In this document: piece by piece, positions 60,951-64,000 of the stretch
Numbering within the stretch: the stretch's first letter is position 1
How the letters are laid out: each line of letters begins with the position of its first letter
Origin: an uncultured Nitrososphaerota archaeon
GTDB lineage: Archaea; Thermoproteota; Nitrososphaeria; Nitrososphaerales; CADDZS01
Direction of reading: 5' to 3'
NCBI GenBank assembly: GCA_963799845.1
Contig: CAWCYI010000004.1
Coordinates: forward strand, 736,001 to 800,000
Length of the DNA stretch: 64,000 nt
Notes under the pieces: model-generated
Told to the model about the DNA's origin: nothing
The model's input: only the letters and a program-made list of their open reading frames with translations
Database searches by the model: none
Program-made: the position numbers and the translations under genes

Positions 60951-61355
60951 GACTCAGATCTCAAAGGAAGCAGCCTTTCGTCAAATATATAGCTGCCAGC
61001 GTCTGTCTAGTAGGTTGGAGGACCGGGCTCTTTCAGGGAAAAAACAGAAATTCTGTCGGCACCGCACTTCTTGCATTTCATAGTCACTAAGATTCCGTTT
61101 CGACCCTGCTCCTCAGCTCTTTCTCAGCTTCCAATCGTGCGAAGCGAGCAAAATTTCGTAGTCTAGGAAATTTTTGAGGTTTCGTGGTTTAGTAAATGAA
61201 CAAACTGTACTTGATAGGGACCCCATGTTTTTGAGTTTACTGGGAGACAGATAAACCAAGTGAAGCTTGAATCTGTACTAGCAACATCGATTTAGAGCAC
61301 TAAATTCTGATCGCGAAAACGTGACTGTCGGTTTGCTTTGAGAATTGGCTCGATT

Positions 61356-62376
61356 CTAGTGGAGCGTAGCGGTTATCGAACCACCGAATTCGATTGACGG
61401 CGCAGGCCAAAGAACATTGTAAGTCCCATCGAGGGTCAGACCTTTCGGATCTGACATCGAAAAGGAGCCTATCGACGAAAATCCGGTTTCAAGACACGTT
61501 CCAGGAAGACCTACAGGGGAGCAATCTATGGTGCCTGTAGTGGGAATCGTGGAAGTGCCTTGGAATCTACCGTTCGAGTTGAGCGAGCTAGGAGTCATTC
61601 CGACTAGAGCAATCTGACCCTTGTCATTCGCTGTTCCGGTCACGTAATTCTCGTCTGTCGCTATTTTCTGAGTAAAACTTCCTGAAACCGCAGTTGATTT
61701 TCCAATTGTACCCGTTAGGGTTCCGGCTGTCTGGACACCGTCCCAGTGAGTCATGGCGTGGTTATAGGTTGCGACGACGAGTAGCGATCCGTCCAAAGAT
61801 GATATCACTATTGGTGCACCGAAGGGATTCAACGCTGCGTCCTCGATTAAGAGAGTAACATCGTATTTCGGAGAAACGTTGGAATCGAGCTGGACTCTAA
61901 GGTGTCCGCTTGCGACAAAGTACGCAGGAATTTCACTCGTATCACTTGCAAGACAGACTCCCTGTGACGGTGTAAGACGGGAAACACACTGCCGGAATGG
62001 AGCTGCTTATGGTTGTGTGAACTCTCAGGTCGATCGTTCTGCCGTCTGCAGTCGTGCCCTGGAGTTGAAGTTTGAAGCTTCCTTTAGTTGAAAGACCGTT
62101 TACATCTGCTGAAAGATTGTAATTGACGCTAGTCCATGTGACATCAGATAACACGGGAGTCGAGATGTCTGAAGCAAGTCCAAGAACTCCACCAGACATT
62201 GTCCAATGCTGAGGACCTGCATCTGTGATCCATCCATCGGAAATGGTAAGAGCAACCGGCTGTGCATTCGTTGAAGCGGTTGCGTTGTAAGAATCAGCCC
62301 TAACGGTAATCGGGCTTGCGAATAGCAACAGTGCCAATATCGATAAAGTTGCGATTAACACAAAACTTGTTTTCAA
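61356..62376 (-). CDS. Secreted beta-rich hypothetical protein, +1 frameshift in a homopolymer near 61962
   Basis: Sec signal MKTSFVLIATL..VRA; continues VCLASDTSEIPAYF into ORF 61356-61832. Confidence 0.7.
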
Positions 62377-62585
62377 AACGGTTTCACCTACTCTACTCTA
62401 GTTTGTAAGAAATACATTTCAGGGCCAGCTTACTTTAGCAAGTTTGCCAGATTCCAAGTACCGATATTAGAGAAGCTTTGAAAGCGGTAATGCATACTAT
62501 CGTAAATCGAATATCAAAATAGGGTAATTGAAAAGATTTTTGGCTATTTTGGCGCTCAAAGTTTTTTCAGGACGTCTTTCATATA

Positions 62586-62710
62586 AAACAGGGCAAGAAA
62601 CGAGCCGTTCTGAGCTTACGAGCTTGAAACGAGCTGGCCGAATTGAACAGAGTTTGAACGTAGTCTTCGGCCCAAAAGTGCTCACGTGCGCAGAAACGCA
62701 GAAAATTTTG
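62586..62710. repeat. Copy of the dispersed intergenic repeat family
   Basis: rc of 62586-62617 matches 36068-36099 at 29/32; rc of about 62660-62708 resembles 27377-27435. Confidence 0.75.
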
Positions 62711-62759
62711 GCTTTGTTCGGTCAAAGGGTGTTTTAACCTTATGTTCGGATTTGGGTGT

Positions 62760-63026
62760 TTAGTGTGCCATGAATAACAGATAGTAAGACCACATTACAG
62801 TCTCAAAGATTATAGTCCAGATTATTCCGAAGATCAAGAGATGTTTTGCTTCCTTCCTGTTTCTACTTTCGATAAAGACATAACCAAGGATTCCGCCAAC
62901 AATTAACAGAAAGAAAGGAAGAAGATACCAAACCCAGCCAATTACTTCAGGAATTGGCTTCCCGCAATTAGAACAAAATCGTGAAGCTGAATCTTTGATA
63001 TCTTGACCACAGTGATCGCAAAACAA
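62760..63026 (-). CDS. Zinc-ribbon two-TM protein
   Basis: CDHCG..FCSNCG followed by two TM helices. Confidence 0.75.
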   Translation of the reverse strand: MFCDHCGQDIKDSASRFCSNCGKPIPEVIGWVWYLLPFFLLIVGGILGYVFIESRNRKEAKHLLIFGIIWTIIFETVMWSYYLLFMAH

Positions 63027-63056
63027 AGACTATAACTTTGAAAAAACTGTGGGATT

Positions 63057-63263
63057 TTAGTCTTTCTTGCGTAACGATTGTTCGAGTAATTCTAGCCATT
63101 TGTTTTCAATCGGGATTCCAGCTCTTTGAGCCGGAGTTTGTCCTTCTAATGCAGAGTGCGGTTTCGCAAAGTTATAGTGGATTCTTTGACCTTCAGCGAT
63201 CTGAGATTTCCAGCTTTTCCATCCACGCTGTACTTTGATTCTTTCTCTCAGAGTACCGTGAGC
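63057..63263 (-). pseudogene. C-terminal remnant of a DDE transposase (IS6-like)
   Basis: Manual translation AHGTLRERIKVQRGWKSW..IHYNFAKPHSALEGQTPAQRAGI..WLELL; no start codon. Confidence 0.7.
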
Positions 63264-63587
63264 GTCGATATATAGAACTTCAAGATACTTGATTCTGAGA
63301 ATCTTGAGTTACCTTCGTTTGGATGTTTCAGACTCCTCGCTGCGGTAGCTAAGGCTGTCCGAGGAGCTTGACGGTCTTTACCTGTGCTATGCGAACTGAT
63401 TCAGGATTCCCTGCTTTATAGAAAGGAACCTTAATCTCTTCGTAAAGAAGCGTAAAATTCTATTGTGTAATCTCTTATTTCTATTGAGAATCAACCTATT
63501 TCCTGCATTCATCTAATTTTTCACTTTTCCCAATTAGTATCGAACGCTCATCCTTGAAAAACCTTTACACGCCCTGATGTAATTTGG

Positions 63588-63986
63588 TTGCACAGTCTGA
63601 CAAAAAAAATCCTGATAGAAATAATAGAATTCGGTGGTCTGAAATCTAGCTCCGATATTAGGTTGCTGAAATCCATCGTCGATATAAAGAACGGCAATTT
63701 AGTCTTTACAGAAACTTTCTATTTGTCGGTAGTAGTTCACGACTCTCATTCTCATGAGGACATCCTACAATGCGTAGACGCTGGGATTGATGTTTTTGGG
63801 ACTACGGTAAAAAATGTGATCTATTATCGCTTTGAGACTGTATTCAATTTGAAGAGGACTGACATCGTGAGAAAGCCCGAAGCCTTTTCTGAATGCTTAA
63901 GGAGTTTCTTTGGCGAAAGGGCATTTCACGTAGAAGCTGCAATCGTCAGCTGCGATTATTGGAAAACTCCATTTGACGGAAGTTAA
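63588..63986 (+). CDS. Small helical protein, DUF3227-like archaeal signalling output domain
   Basis: CVDAGIDVFG..VIYY..KPEAFSECLRSFFG..VEAAI; end may be frameshifted. Confidence 0.5.
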   Translation: MHSLTKKILIEIIEFGGLKSSSDIRLLKSIVDIKNGNLVFTETFYLSVVVHDSHSHEDILQCVDAGIDVFGTTVKNVIYYRFETVFNLKRTDIVRKPEAFSECLRSFFGERAFHVEAAIVSCDYWKTPFDGS

Positions 63987-64000
63987 TTTGTCCGATAGTT

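Noticed and set aside
1-64000. tRNA or rRNA genes
   Set aside because: No cloverleaf or rRNA-like segment recognised by eye; a tRNAscan/Infernal run would be needed to exclude split or intron-containing tRNAs

Overview
Archaeal chromosomal window. Frequent TTG/GTG starts, TATA-like boxes, class III signal peptides, archaeal pilins and KaiC/DUF835-like proteins point to an archaeon; a non-ammonia-oxidising Nitrososphaerota-like lineage is my inference. (1) 1-22 kb: sugar-acid/amino-sugar catabolic island (family 5 SBP, DgaE/SelA-like PLP enzyme split by IS701, KDG-kinase-like PfkB, OYE-type flavoenzyme, DHDPS-family lyase, CoxL-like Mo subunit, RidA, Gfo/Idh/MocA plus TIM-barrel pair, HpcH aldolase, 2-hydroxyacid dehydrogenase, FAH-family protein, PPi-type PFK, DAO-family oxidoreductase). 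An IS200/IS605 element lies within it, and an ISH3 element has inserted into its left-end hairpin. (2) 22-36 kb: small regulators and microproteins (Lrp x3, PRC-barrel x2, B-box-like Zn finger, RHH, CsbD), ThrC-like enzyme, aminotransferase, DUF4382 protein and an IS481 with a 15-bp target duplication. (3) 36-39 kb: CysM + JAB + fused Ubl-E1-rhodanese sulfur-carrier operon. (4) 43-64 kb: ftsZ, wHTH regulators and the best novel-system candidate: three KaiC-like ATPases, a UbiA prenyltransferase, a polyprenyl synthase, a 7TM sensor fused to an inactive KaiC/DUF835-like domain, a promoter-bearing 25-codon ORF and a double-Lrp regulator, next to a pilin and two giant DUF2341 pilin-adhesins. A modular intergenic repeat (core AGCTCGTTTCAAG) recurs across the window. 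At least seven single-base frameshifts suggest long-read indel errors. All calls come from motif reading; no database searches were run.
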